A DNA stretch of 64,000 nucleotides, taken from positions 38,688,001 to 38,752,000 of the forward strand of contig OZ024749.1 in the NCBI GenBank assembly GCA_964016885.1. The letters are read 5' to 3'. The translations under genes were made by a program, and so were the position numbers. The stretch is from Eledone cirrhosa (lineage: Eukaryota). The notes beneath the pieces are model-generated. The model was not told the DNA's origin, ran no database searches, and worked only from the letters and a program-made list of their open reading frames with translations. Shown here one piece after another: positions 47,822 through 61,700 of the stretch; the first letter of the stretch is position 1, and each line of letters opens with the position of its first letter.

Positions 47822-48697
47822 CAACATTCCATGTTACATTTTATAGGATTAGTAGTAAACTCCATCTATTTGTTGTTCCTGAGAGTTAATATATTAAAAT
47901 TATTTTGATACACTTGCATTCACATTCGGTACATGTCTCCTACGTACATACTGTGTCACATTTCCAGCCGTCTGGCGAATTAATTTATCTTCGTGGTGTC
48001 ATTTATCACAATGGTGTCAAAACTGCGACTGGATCCTTATGTGTATTTTTTTTTTTTCCTATAATGGCTAAGGCCAAATAATAACATACTTGAAAACATT
48101 ACAATGTATGTTGTCTGCTGCGAGTTTCCATTTCATTCAATTGGAGTATGTAACTTAGAAATTACATAACCAGCAGACATTTTTTCCATTGGATTTTTTT
48201 AACCCTTTCCGGATCATATTTTTCATGTAATACATTCTATTTTAATTTTGAGAAATTCATTAAAATTATTAATTATTTCATTACTTAAGTAGTAAATTAA
48301 AATATTGTTGTATTAAATAATAAAATTATGTTGGCTATTTTTGGTCCGGCTGTTTTAAAAGAGTTAAAGATCGTCTGGGTTATTTTGTTTATCAAAACTA
48401 TCTCAAATATTATTTAATCTACTCATGAAAATAGAGACATGCTTTTAGGACACAAGTAGTATTGTTCGTCTTTTGAAGAAGCATCTGTAAATTTTAGCTG
48501 AAATCATTTCTTCTAGAAACCTAAATGTGTTTGCTTGTTTGTTTGTTTTTCTTTTTGTAAATATTGATAATATTTTTATCTTAAAACGGGTGTTTGTGCA
48601 TTTTCGAGGGTTAAATTTGTCCTAATCCACCTAATTTTATTACTATAACATCAGCATTTCCATCAACAGATGGTGCAATAAAACGGGATCTTTTGAC

Positions 48698-48779
<82 letters not shown>

Positions 48780-49098
48780 GGTGTTGGATGCTTAAAGTGT
48801 CCGTATGCGGTAGACTGTTTGAGCACTCGATGCTCTCATAGAGCAGAGTGTGATATCACAGGAAAAAAGAGAATCAGTGTTGCGACGAATGGAAGTTATT
48901 GGACATATTACAATCGTTTTAGATGCCTTTCTCTCCGGAAAATCTGCTTCGTAGAATCAAGACCTATCTGAGAACCTTGCGATTTTCAGAGTCAGGTTCG
49001 ATCATCACATCGATCGTGCCTCGAGCTGGTCGCCAGAGAAACGATTGTAATATGTCCAATAAATTCCATTCATCGCAACACTGATTCTCTTTTTTTCT

Positions 49099-49101
<3 letters not shown>
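48780..49101. mobile_element. Fold-back element, diverged member of the 12 kb family
   Basis: Inverted arms about 48856-48919 and 49039-49101; left tail GAGCACTCGATGCTCTCATAGAGCAGAGT; (TA)n flanks. Confidence 0.7.
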
Positions 49102-49142
<41 letters not shown>

Positions 49143-50905
49143 GATAGTGAGTAAAATCGAAGCTGCAGCTAATGCAACATCCCTCGAAAGAACAATCCTC
49201 AGAAACTTTGCACAAGCACTCAATAAGATGATATCGATAAATCGATAAGTCAAATCTTAGAATAATAAACATACGTTAAAGGTGTGACAAATTGAAAACT
49301 GTGGTTATGTAAAAGAATGCCACAACTGCCACTACAACAACAAAAATACAAACAGCTTAATATGAACCTGGACCTAGTCGATAGATATTATAAAATATCT
49401 TCGATTGGTTTCTGTGAAACTAAATCAACAATCAAAATTAAGCTATGCGCAACTATCAAGATCGAACGCGGAAACACTTTATCAGCAGGAATTTCGTTAT
49501 ATATATATCAGGAAGTTATTATGATTTAGCATAAGAGTTAATTATCTATTTAGGTTGTACAAAGCTGATATTTACTCAGTCTCTAGTGAGTCTCTCTAAA
49601 ACAGGTTATCTCCATCTGTAATCAGGAACGACAGCTGTTCACCATCTCTTAACGATGGCAATGGTGAATAAAACGACATTTTTGAAGAATACACATGCTG
49701 GCTTGTGTATTCTCCTCCTTCTTCTATTCAGCAGAAAACGATTAACAAATGTTAATACCATGTTTACAGCTGATATATACGAATTTATCTGCAATAGGTT
49801 TTTTTTAACCTACTTCTTTTTGTCATTTCTTCGAAATAAACATGGTGGTCATATAACAGCTTCCTGCCTCTCCTCTCAGCTCTTTGTATTTTCTTTGAAG
49901 TCTGCAAGGTCTTTTGAGCTGCATGTGTTTTGGCACCAGAGAGCCCAAAATCATATTCTTTACTGAATATGATTTTGGGCTTTGAATCTTATCTGAAATT
50001 ACTTCACTGTCCGAGTCATAAGTCGTGGCTTTTATCTTAATAATAATTAAAAAAATTCAGAGCGCCTCATAGGCTCATGTTCTCGACGTTTGTCACACAC
50101 ATTAACACAGTATGTAAAAGTGCGACTGATTATAGATATATATGTTTGAATATGAGAATGCAAAAACGTAGTGGGGAAAAAATCTAACGAAATAGATTTA
50201 CTTTGCTGATGATGAAAAGTTAAATATTATTTAAAGAAAATATTTTATTTAAAACGCCTTCTTTGACTGCGACACACTACATATAATTTAAAAGGAACAT
50301 TTTATGTCTTCAAAACTTTCTCCTAAGTACTCGGAATGGTCTCCTCTAACTTGTAATGTAAGAGTTATCCTTAGGAGAAAGATATTCCTTTATGAATGGT
50401 GAAGGGTTTGCAAAATAAGTTAACATTACTAACACCTTAAATTCATTCCTAACTGCCTCGTAATTTCTAGAAAAGAAGGATGAAACAAAGCCCCTAACCT
50501 TGAACATTCCAATTTTTTTATAAACTATTTCTTGTACAGATCCTCTCTGTACATTAAAGCAAAATATATCCACATGTTTTATAACTTTATAAATTCCTAA
50601 ATGACGGTGTGTTAGGATTTATCTTCTTAGTCTAGTTTTCTTTTTAAATTATTTTCCAAATTATTTTTATTTATTACATCAGATGAGATCTTGTTTCTGA
50701 GGTAATTAACGTAACTTTAGGTTAGTGATAGGTTTAGTCATACTGTGCATTACTTTCTTCTTCTTCTTCTTCTTCTTCTTCTTCTTCTTCTTCTTCTTCT
50801 TCTTCTTCTTCTTCTTCTTCACATTATTGTTATTCTTTTTGTTATTCTTCACCATCTCCTCATCTTAACTTTTTCCTTCACCTTTTTCTCTCTCTCTCTC
50901 ACTCA

Positions 50906-50960
<55 letters not shown>

Positions 50961-51066
50961 TTCATGGCTCTCCCTATTACCAGATCTATTTTATCTCACT
51001 GTTGAGTTTGAGCTAATCTTTAAATGTTTCATTTGTCTTCAATTGAACCCGCTATTTAATTATATA

Positions 51067-51144
<78 letters not shown>

Positions 51145-51145
51145 C

Positions 51146-51178
<33 letters not shown>

Positions 51179-51445
51179 ATTATATAAATGACACCAATAA
51201 TTGTAGCCCCTGTTTGTGGTCCTGGGATACCCTCATTACAATGAATTTCCTAAAATTCTACTAACTGTCGGATAGACATTTGTTTGATAAGAAGAATTAA
51301 AAGAGAAAATCATATGATTTGTTTAAAAATATATATATGTGTAATATATACATTATTAGCTCAACTATAATAATTATTACATTCATTATAATAATAACAA
51401 TAATAATAATAATGCTGATAATAATAGTATAATAATGTAAATATC

Positions 51446-51484
<39 letters not shown>

Positions 51485-51645
51485 CAAAATAATAAAAACA
51501 ATAATAAGAATGTATATTTATTAATTATATTGTTTCCAAAGGACCATTTATGAACTAATTATTACAATTATTACTTTTTTAATATTTTAAATATACAAAT
51601 TTGAAATAATTTTTATCTATATATTTTACTGAAGACGCGACACAC

Positions 51646-51715
<70 letters not shown>

Positions 51716-51950
51716 TTGATTATTACTACTTTTAAAATGCATTCTTATAATAGTTTACTCATTAGGATTTTTTAATGTTTTGTTTTTTAGTACTAAACAA
51801 CAGTAACAATTATTATTTATTAAATAAATGAAATAGATTTTAGTATGAAATACGAAACCATTTTAACAATTTTGACCATTTTAAACCTAATGAAAGCTCT
51901 ATGTGTTATATTTGGATTATATTTTTATATTTTTATATTTTTTTCTCTAG

Positions 51951-52105
51951 AATCGGTCGCCGGAAGGTCTTGCTAATTTCCTATCTATTAAATATCTGTA
52001 CTGGTATTGGTACCACCTGGGCTCCTGAATATATTTCTTTGGCTGTCATACGTTTTGCACAAGGAATAGCTTGTGCCGGAATAATTACAACTGCTTTTGT
52101 CTTAT
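51951..52105 (+). CDS. SLC22/Orct-like transporter, exon 4
   Basis: ctctag acceptor; IGRRKVLL...IRFAQGIACAGIITTAFVL completes MFS motif A (GSLSDIIGRR); GTAAGT donor; 155 nt. Confidence 0.94.
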
Positions 52106-52690
52106 GTAAGTTAGACATATTTTGTTTTTATTTTTGTTTGTTTTGTTTGTTTCTCTTCTCATTGAAATCCAATGGTGTTTTAAAGACCAATCTTTTTTGT
52201 TTTATCGAAGGCCGGTTGGGTTTTAAGACCATCTCCTCTGCTAAAAGACGGATTACCCTTGAGATGTCATTGTTTAGGCGTACCCACTGCAAACCAGCCA
52301 CGCTCACAAATAAAGTGTACCTACTGTACGCCAGACACACACGGAGATATGGTGTACCTATTCTTAACCCAGTACACAGCAATACGATGTACCTAATTTA
52401 AATTAGTTACATATAGCAAATAATAGATACTTCAATAAAGTGTTGTTGTTTCTTTTTTTTAATGATATCCAATTTTCAATAGTTAAGGGCCGAGAGGGGT
52501 TTCTTCTCTGCTTGAGAGGGGTTTCTTCTCTGAAGACCTTCAGCTTTCCAGCTCTCCTGGGAGTTCCATATCCGTCTGATCAATTTTATAATGGAGAGTA
52601 GACCTGGTGAAATCCATTCCCCAAAACAGTGAGTAATAATCCTAAGAAACATGGAAAACTTTCATTTACATAGATTTTGTTTGTTTCCAG

Positions 52691-52859
52691 GTATTGAAAT
52701 AGTTGGTCCTACACAGAGAAAAATTACAGGAATTCTTTACGAGTTCTTCTTTGCAAGTGGATTCGTAGTTCTTGCTGGTTTAGCTTATTTGATCCGTGAT
52801 TGGCAGTATTTGGAGTTAGCAGTGTCTGTACCTACCATTTCTTTCATCATTATTTGGTT
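52691..52859 (+). CDS. SLC22/Orct-like transporter, exon 5
   Basis: ttccag acceptor; IEIVGPTQR...LAYLIRDWQYLEL; GTAAGT donor; 169 nt. Confidence 0.94.
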
Positions 52860-52905
52860 GTAAGTACCAGTTGCATTTCTCAATAATGAATGCGTGTGTT
52901 TCTAT

Positions 52906-52963
<58 letters not shown>

Positions 52964-53079
52964 GAGCGGGTATTAGGAAAATGTTTGGTCCCGACGGCAG
53001 AGCTGAAGCCGTTTCGACGGCTATTTCTGGACTCCAGAAATAGCCGTTGAAACGGCTTGAGCTCGGGGTAAAACATTTT

Positions 53080-53145
<66 letters not shown>

Positions 53146-53147
<2 letters not shown>

Positions 53148-53328
53148 TGAGATTCTGCACGACTAGAACTGTTTCATTCTTTAGAAATCATCAGAGATTC
53201 CTGATGATTTCTAAAGAATGAAACAGTTCTAGTCCTGTAGAATCTCATCTATATTAAAACTGTTATACTCTGCTATGTATTGAGTACCTTACTTACTGTG
53301 GTTACCTCCGATTCAACCCGGAATAACA
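53146..53328. mobile_element. Short fold-back element with hammerhead core and tail
   Basis: Arms 53146-53194 and 53201-53250; CTGATGA-tttctaaagaat-GAAAC...GTC; tail ACTCTGCTATGTATTGAGTAC. Confidence 0.68.
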
Positions 53329-53451
53329 TATATATATGTGTGTGTATATATATATATTTATTTATATATAGGAGGGCGTATATATGTGTGTGTATGTTTA
53401 TTTGTTTATTTGTTTATTTATTTCTTTATTCCACTTTCTTGTAACCGGCAG

Positions 53452-53667
53452 ATACATTCCAGAATCTCCACGTTGGCTCCAGAGCCAAGGAGATCACGAA
53501 AGATTCGAAGATGTCATACGAAAGATAGCGGAAGGAAACGGTGTAGAAGTATCACCAAAGCTATTTGACACTTTTGAATTTCGTGACAAGTCGAAAACAA
53601 TCCCATTATGGAGTATCTTTACCTCGAAAAAACTAGCCATCCAAAGTACAATTGTTTTCTTCAATTG
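53452..53667 (+). CDS. SLC22/Orct-like transporter, exon 6
   Basis: ggcag acceptor; YIPESPRWL signature ...TIVFFN(W); GTAAGT donor. Confidence 0.95.
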
Positions 53668-53728
53668 GTAAGTTAGATTGTATAAATCTTCCTTTGGTTC
53701 TTTGTGTAGCATCTCTGTAGTCATAAAA

Positions 53729-53994
53729 ATAATTGTTTCTACTTTAGGCACAAGGCCAGCAATTACCCAGTGCATTACTGGTACTTTATTTTATCGACCC
53801 CCGTAAGTATGAAAGGCAAAGTTAACGTCGGCGGGATTTGAACTCAGACCGTAAAGAGCCGTAACTCTTTGCTGCAAAGCATGGCGTCAGACCCTCTACC
53901 AATACTGCCAATCCACCGATAATAATTGTTTCTACTTTTGGCACAAGGCCAGTAATTAACCAGTACATTACTGGTACTTTATTTTATCGACCCC
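53729..53994 (-). mobile_element. SINE-A pair in intron 6
   Basis: One full copy plus a 3' fragment. Confidence 0.85.
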
Positions 53995-54156
53995 TGCGCT
54001 ACAGTTGATTATATTACTAAATCTCTCAACGTTCTTGATTATTTTCGAAATTATTTTAAAATCATAGACAGTGTCTTTCATTAAAAATATGGTAATAAAA
54101 GGGTTTTAAATAAATATAAATTGCGCTATTTTCTTTCTTTTTCTCTTTCTTTGTAG

Positions 54157-54383
54157 GCTTGTGGTCAGTATGGTATATTACGGTTTGTCGTTAAACAGTG
54201 TGAACCTTGGGGGAGATATATTCTTAAACTTCTTCTTAATAAGCCTAGCAGAGATTCCAGCCTACTTCATGAGTATTGCCATTCTAGACAGAGTTGGCCG
54301 CAAGCCTGTGTATTGTACTACCATGATTCTTGGGGGACTCGCATGTATTTTATCCTTGGTCAGTATGCTGTATCTGGGCAAAA
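54157..54383 (+). CDS. SLC22/Orct-like transporter, exon 7
   Basis: Polypyrimidine tract plus tgtag acceptor; LVVSMVYYGLSLNSVNLGGDIFLNF...EIPAY...DRVGRK; GTAAGT donor. Confidence 0.95.
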
Positions 54384-54462
54384 GTAAGTAAAACAAACAA
54401 TTGTACAATAATATATTTCTTCAATTTTCCTAACAATCCGCTCCCCCTCTCCCACTGTTTCA

Positions 54463-54539
<77 letters not shown>

Positions 54540-54632
54540 ACTCGCTCGCTCTCTCTCACTCCACGTTCTCTCTCCCTTTCCACTTATCCTCTCGCGCTCA
54601 CTCCATCTTTTTCTCTCTCTCATTTCACTCCA

Positions 54633-54697
<65 letters not shown>

Positions 54698-55522
54698 CTC
54701 TCATCTCCCTTTATCACTCTCTCCCTTCTCTCTCGGAGGCCATAAGCAGTTGATTTTGGTTTATTTAAATCTCTATTATACTTATTTCGCTGAGGACTAC
54801 CAATGTTGATAGCCTGAGCTCTTCAGACGGCATAAAAACCCATAAAAACTTGAAAACATTAAAAACTTTATCAAAAACATTAAAAACCTTCCTCGAAAAG
54901 ATTGTTCGAAAGTGTTGATGTTGATTCTTCGCCGGCCGGCCCCTGTATCACGAAAAGAAAAGTTTTTTGGAGGAAGTGTCTGTTTGTGTGTGTGTCTGTG
55001 TGTGTGTGTAATGGTTTTCAGTCGAAGAACGGAAGGGGGCTACAATTAAATAAGGCACCCAATAGAGAGGGTGCATACAGTTAAATAAGATACCCTGCAG
55101 AGACGGTACATAATTTATTTTATATGTGAGAGTCGAAATATTTATAGGGCGGACCTCTTCAGTCAGGGAAAATATTGCTCGAACTTTTTTGTCAACAAAT
55201 ATTATTAGCTTTTTTCTTATTTAGTGAAGGCATGTGGCTGAGTGGTTAGAGAATTGGATTCACAATCTTGAGGTTGTGGGTTCGATTCCTGGACCAGGCG
55301 ATGCATTATGTCCTTGAGCAAGACACTTTATTTCACGTTGCTTCTTCTACCTGGAGTTGTGACCGATAGATAGTATTAGCAACTGGAAAGACCAACGAAA
55401 ACATTGTTTCCTCGGTCCGATTTGACGAAAGTCGATCGATATTTTTTTTTTTTTCTTATTTAAAAGAATTGTTTTATAACGTTACTTCACTAGTAATATA
55501 TTTTGTGTGTTTTTTTTTTCAG

Positions 55523-55704
55523 AATTCAGAGGAGTTACGATTGCTCTGACAATATTCGGTAAATTCAATTTGGCAGCTGCATTTGCTGTAATCTACGTCA
55601 TTTCCGGTGAACTTTTCCCAACTGTCATTAGAAATGGTGCTGTCGGGACAAGTTCCTGTTTCGCCAGGATAGGAGGCATGGTAGCACCATACATAGCAGA
55701 GGCA
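55523..55704 (+). CDS. SLC22/Orct-like transporter, exon 8
   Basis: tttcag acceptor; GKF...YVISGELFPTVIRNGAVG...ARIGGMVAPY; GTAAGT donor, phase 0. Confidence 0.95.
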
Positions 55705-56144
55705 GTAAGTCAAACGGTTTACTTCATTCACTGGACTAAGTGTTCTCATTTCCTCTCCAATATATAACAACTATAATTTCACCATATTTAATCATTGAAA
55801 TTATTGCTTTATTTACGTGGCATTTCACTAGTTTTCATTCAATTCAAGCAGGACGTTTTATTGATACATTTTCCAAGTTTCATTAGAGTTGAGCTGTTTC
55901 CCACCCCAACCCAGATATCACCTCATTTGTTTTAATCCTGGTTTCAGGCATACTTCACACACCTCTATCTTACCTTTGTATCGTTACATAATTTTATCTC
56001 TGTGGGTTTTATAGTGGATATGTTTCGCTATAGGTATATAATGAAAGTGAATTGATGTGATAACAGGTGGTGCTATTAAGTTAGACATGGCCTGGGCCAA
56101 TACTGGCCGAAACCTATCAAGGTTATCAACGTTATCTCTTATTT

Positions 56145-56690
56145 AATAATAATTGTTTCTACGTTAGGCATAAGGCCAGCAATTACCCAGTGTATTACTG
56201 GTACTTTATTTTATCGACCCCGTAAGGATGAAAGGCAAAATGATTTCTAGTATAGGCGGAAGGCCAGTAATTTGGAGGAGGGGAAAACCGATGAAATCGA
56301 CCCAGTACGTTACTGGTGCTTTATTTTATCGACTCTGTAAGGATGAAAGGCAAAGTTAACCTCGGCGGGATTTAGACTCAGACCGTAAAGGGACGTAACT
56401 CTATTCTGAAAAGCATGGCGTCCGGTTCTCTACCGATACTGCCAATCCACCGCCCTTATTTAATAATAATTGTTTCTACTTTAGACACAAGGCCAGCAAT
56501 TTTTTTAAGGGGAGTAGAAAGTCGATTAAATCGACCCCAGTGCATTACTGGTGCTTTATTTTATCGACCCCCGTAAGGATGAAAGGCAAAGCTAACATCG
56601 GCGGGATTTGAACTTAGAACATAAAGGGGCGTTACTCTATGCCATAAAGCATGTTGTCCGACGCCCTATCAATACTACCAATCCACTAAC
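56145..56690 (-). mobile_element. SINE-A cluster (three copies) in intron 8
   Basis: Repeated SINE-A body and tail. Confidence 0.85.
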
Positions 56691-57003
56691 TTCCGATGAA
56701 AAATATTGAAATATTGAAATATGGACTCTCTACCGATTCTGCCAGTACAAGCACCTATGTCTGAAATCTTCTGTTCTCCCAGCCCCTAACTTCTTATACA
56801 CAATCCATAAACATAGTAGCAGCAGCAGTAGCAGCAACAGCAGCAGCAGTAATTCCCCGGATATATTTTTAGTTCCTTTATCATAAGATTCATCATTATA
56901 TATGAGTGCAGAGAATTCTCTCATGTCAGTATCTCTCAACAATATATGTGAGTGTATGTGTATATGTGTATGTGTGCGTGCGTGTGTGATTGTATGTGTA
57001 TGT

Positions 57004-57034
<31 letters not shown>

Positions 57035-57448
57035 GGGGTGTATGTTAATGTATGTAAATGTATATATATATATGTGTGTGTGTGTGTTTGTGAGTGTATG
57101 TATGTATATATATATATATATGTGTGTGTGGGGGTGTATGTTAATGTATGTAAATGTATATATATATATGTGTGTGTGTGTGGTTATGTTTGTGAGTGTG
57201 TGTATATATATATACATATATATGTGTGTGTGTGTCAGATATCAAACAAAAAACATCGGTGGTATAGTTATAACTTTAAACATTCCCACTTCTGGAGGAA
57301 ATGCTGTAAATCAAAGAAAGGTTTTCATGAATAAACACTTCCGTAGTATTTTAATAAAAAAAATATATATGTATGTGTGTGTGTCTGTGTGTATGTATGT
57401 ATATATATATATATGTATGCGTATATATATGTATATATATATATATAT

Positions 57449-57872
57449 AAAAGGAATTCCAACTTTGTCTGATTTACTCGTTTTATTTACAATCCTTTAA
57501 AATTTATAATGGTATTATAATGAAATAGTATGGTAGAATATTAAATGTTAAGTGTTAATTGAACAAGTACTTTCATGCTTTCGCTATCTTAAGGTCAGAT
57601 TCTGTGGGAGACAGTCAAGTTTGCAATTTTCCACACAGTTGAAAATGGCAAACTTGACTGTCACCACAGAATATGAACCTGAAGATTGCGAAAGCATGAA
57701 AGTACTTGTTCAATTAATACTTAACATTTAATATTCTACCATACTATTTCATTCTAATACCATTATAAATTTTAAAGGATTGTAATAAAACGAGTAAATC
57801 AAACAAAGTTGGAATTCTTTTTATTAATATAATCTTCTATACACAATCATACACACCCGTGTATATTTATCT
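57449..57872. mobile_element. Fold-back PLE-derived element with hammerhead motif (family also at 20012-20340)
   Basis: Inverted arms about 57452-57635 and 57640-57820, tail to 57872. TGAAC-CTGAAGA-ttgcgaaagcat-GAAA-GTAC-TT-GTTCA at 57674-57712. Confidence 0.8.
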
Positions 57873-58168
57873 ATATATATATATATATAGATAGATAGAT
57901 AGATATGTATGTATATATATATATTCCTTTATATGAGTTACATTACTAAATCTCTCCAAATTCTATATTGTTTTGGAAATTACTTGAAAACTATATGCAG
58001 TGTATCTATGAGAAATATGATAACGAAATGGTTAAGAAATACTTATTACTCTTCGGCTCTATTACAGTCCAATGTCCTAGCCAGTCCATACATACATTTG
58101 TCTCTTTTACAGTCCATATATACCTGTGTCTCTTTTACAGTCCATAAATACTTTTGTCTTTATTTCAG

Positions 58169-58320
58169 TCCAATGTCCTAGCCAGTCCATATAATCAGTT
58201 GGTCCCCTCGTTGTGTTTTGGTTTGACGGCCATCATTGCCGGATGTTTTGCACTCATTCTACCGGAAACACTGAACAGACATCTTCCTGACGACATTCAA
58301 GAAGCAGAAAATCAAGAAAG
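58169..58320 (+). CDS. SLC22/Orct-like transporter, exon 9
   Basis: tttcag acceptor; ...PSLCFG...LILPETLNRHLPDDIQEAE (LPET...LP signature after TM12); probable donor GTTAGT at 58321, or read-through to the stop at 58369. Confidence 0.9.
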
Positions 58321-58539
58321 GTTAGTTATGAACAAACTATTTCGTGTTATCTTTTTTGAAATCATTTGAGTTGTTGATGATGTTGTGCTGTTGTTGGTGG
58401 TGGTGGTGGTTGCTTTGTTCTTATTGTTGTTTTACATTGTATATATAATGTATCTAAGTAGGTGTGAGTATTTCCGTGCGCGTGGATGAGGGAGGGTACT
58501 GAATACAGTAGGAAGAGCAGATTTGAGGAAGAGATGCGG

Positions 58540-59012
58540 TGCAATTAGTCCATTGTGGTTAGATGTATTTAGAAAAAAATAAGCGTCTGTTCCATCTGGC
58601 GACGCGTGCTAGGGTGTCCGATGCAGGAAACGAACCCAAACACAGTAAGCCGATGTGTTGAATAACCGGCAGGGTGGAAATGTCAAGCCACCGACGATGG
58701 GTTGCCGACCTGGATGTTCCAAAGATGTTCGGCGAATCTGTCCACTAATTGCTGGCCGGTCTGACCAATGTATATGACCTCACATAATGTGCACCGGAGC
58801 TCATATATGAGGCTTGTATAAGTGCAACTGAAATAGTCCCTAGTATGAAAGCTATGGCCGTTAGGTCTGATGAGGGTGACGGTGTGGGTGATAAAGCTGA
58901 CGTGTCTCAGCGGTGTCGGGAGCAAGGATGGGATTCAGGAAAGGAGTTGGAAGGAGAGAAGAAACTGCGGACGAGAAGGTTCCTAATGCTGCATACGCGT
59001 TTAAAAGAGAGG
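58540..59012 (-). mobile_element. Penelope-like (Neptune-type) GIY-YIG endonuclease relic
   Basis: FSCTYTSLIYELRCTLCEVIYIGQTGQQLVDRFAEH...VA*HF...RRQMEQ, with stops; adjoins (TA)n. Confidence 0.8.
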
Positions 59013-59013
59013 A

Positions 59014-59132
<119 letters not shown>

Positions 59133-59189
59133 TAGTCGTTGAAACGGCTTGAGCTCTGCCGTCAGGCTTAAACATTCTCCTATATATAG

Positions 59190-59234
<45 letters not shown>

Positions 59235-59237
<3 letters not shown>

Positions 59238-60006
59238 AGGTGTATTATTGGTTGTGTAAAACGGTCCAATAAATTTATGTTAGCAATATTAAGTTCTCCA
59301 CGCTTTTGTATATCTCCAATTCCATTCAAGGGAACAGCTAGATGATGTAAAACGGAGTATAAGTATCAAAATGAAAATCTGAAGGCAAGGTAAAATTCCA
59401 ATCATTTTAATCACGACACATGTTTCAATAAGAGATAGATCGATCGTAAAGCCATGATCAATTATCACTGATCTCATCAGGTGAAAATGAATTGTCTTCA
59501 AATTCTTGATATGAGGGAGAAAATTAGCAATGTTCACTCACAGAGTTTATTCCCTCATATGAAAATCCAGTTGTCAGAAATACGGCGACTGCTATCAGCT
59601 TCAGTTAGGGTCATAAAACTGTCAAATCTCCATAGCTGCAAAGGACGCTGGACATTAATCAGATCTGAAGAAATACAGTCGGTCACAGTTAATGTGAGTG
59701 GGTACACACACACTCAACACCCATACACACCGGCTCGAGGTCAAAGAAAAAATATATATATATATATACACATATCAACACAGCATCAAACCTGTAGAAC
59801 TATAGAAGGTCATAATTAGTGTGAGTAGGTACACACACACTCTCACACACACCGAAGCGATGTCATAGAAAAAAAACAACAAATATAAGAATAAGAATAT
59901 ACCAACACAGCATTCACCGAAAGTTCGTTTACAAAACAACAAATGCTACATTGGTCAAATCTCAATTTGACGATGTAAATTGGAAATATTGGGTTAACCA
60001 CAGCCC

Positions 60007-60042
<36 letters not shown>

Positions 60043-60173
60043 CACACGCACACGCACACACACACACACAAGCAAGTAAGTTCAGTTCAGTGTTCGGTTA
60101 CACATGTTACAATTCAATCTATACATGTATAACCGAACACTGAACTGAACTGAACTGAACTGAACTTACTTGC

Positions 60174-60233
<60 letters not shown>

Positions 60234-60453
60234 TTAATCCAATATTTCCAATTTACATCGTCAAATTGAGATTTGACCAATGTAGTATTTGTTGTTTTGT
60301 AAACGAACTTTCGGTGAATGCTGTGTTGGTATATTCTTATTCTTATATTTGTTGTTTTTTCTATGACATCGCTTCGGTGTGTGTGAGAGTGTGTGTGTAC
60401 CTACTCACACTAATTGTGACGTTCTATAGTTCTACAGGTTTGATGCTGTGTTG

Positions 60454-60495
<42 letters not shown>

Positions 60496-60881
60496 TTTCT
60501 TTGACCTCGAGCCGGTGTGTATGGGTGTTGAGTGTGTGTGTACCCACTCACATTAACTGTGACCGACTGTATTTCTACAGATTTGATTAATGTCCAGCGT
60601 CCTTTGCAGCTATGGAGATTTGACAGTTTTATGACCCTAACTGAAGCTGATAGGAGTCGCCCTATTTCTGACTACTGGATCTTCATATGAGGGAATAAAC
60701 TCTGTGAGTGAACATTGCTAATTTTCTCCCTCATATCAAGAATTTGAAGACAATTCATTTTCACCTGATGAGATCAGTGATAATTGATCATGGCTTTACG
60801 ATCGATCTATCTCTTATTGAAATATGTGTCGTGATTAAAATGATTGGAATTTTACCTTGCCTTCAGATTTTCATTTCGATA
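59235..60881. mobile_element. About 1.5 kb fold-back element with tail and hammerhead-like motif
   Basis: Arms about 59364-60106 and 60123-60881; tail 59235-59363. TCAC-CTGATGA...GAAA(C/T)ATGT-GTC-GTGA at 60761-60834 and on minus at 59411-59484. Confidence 0.75.
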
Positions 60882-60939
60882 TATATATATACCAAGGGCG
60901 GTGCCCCAGCATGGCCGGATGGCTGAAACAGGTAAAAGA

Positions 60940-60980
<41 letters not shown>

Positions 60981-61508
60981 AATAAAGATTCAGCGATAAT
61001 CGCATTTTCGGCGAAGCGAAAAGAAAAGCGAAGCGAAACGCAAAAGTCAGAAATGATACTGGCAAAGTGCTCAATAGTTAAAAACCAGAGCTAAACAATG
61101 TGTTAAGAAGCCATACAAAACTGAGAAGGTGGTCAAGAAAGCATTAACCACCCAAGCCAAAAACCAAAACAACCTAAACAGGTCAAAACAAAATAAATGA
61201 TAAAAAATATAAAAAATAAGTGATAACATATATATATACATATATATATATATACATCTCGGAAGTTGTTTTTCGCTAATTCCAAAGCCAAAATACGATT
61301 CTCGCTAATTTATATACATATATATATATGTGTGTGAATGAAGTAATTCCGTTGGAAAAGTCCAGGAAAAAAGAGTGCTCTATGTAGTTAACAGAGCTTA
61401 ATAGTTATGTTTCGATGGCTATTTCTATATATATATATATATATATAGAAATAGCCATCGAAACGGCTTGAGCTCTGCCGTCGGGGTTAAACATTCTCCT
61501 ATATATAG

Positions 61509-61555
<47 letters not shown>

Positions 61556-61580
61556 TTAGCATTTTCTGTTTTTTCTTTTT

Positions 61581-61700
<120 letters not shown>

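Noticed and set aside
48199-48367. piggyBac-like MITE between TTAA sites
   Set aside because: The TIR match is too short and imperfect to support.
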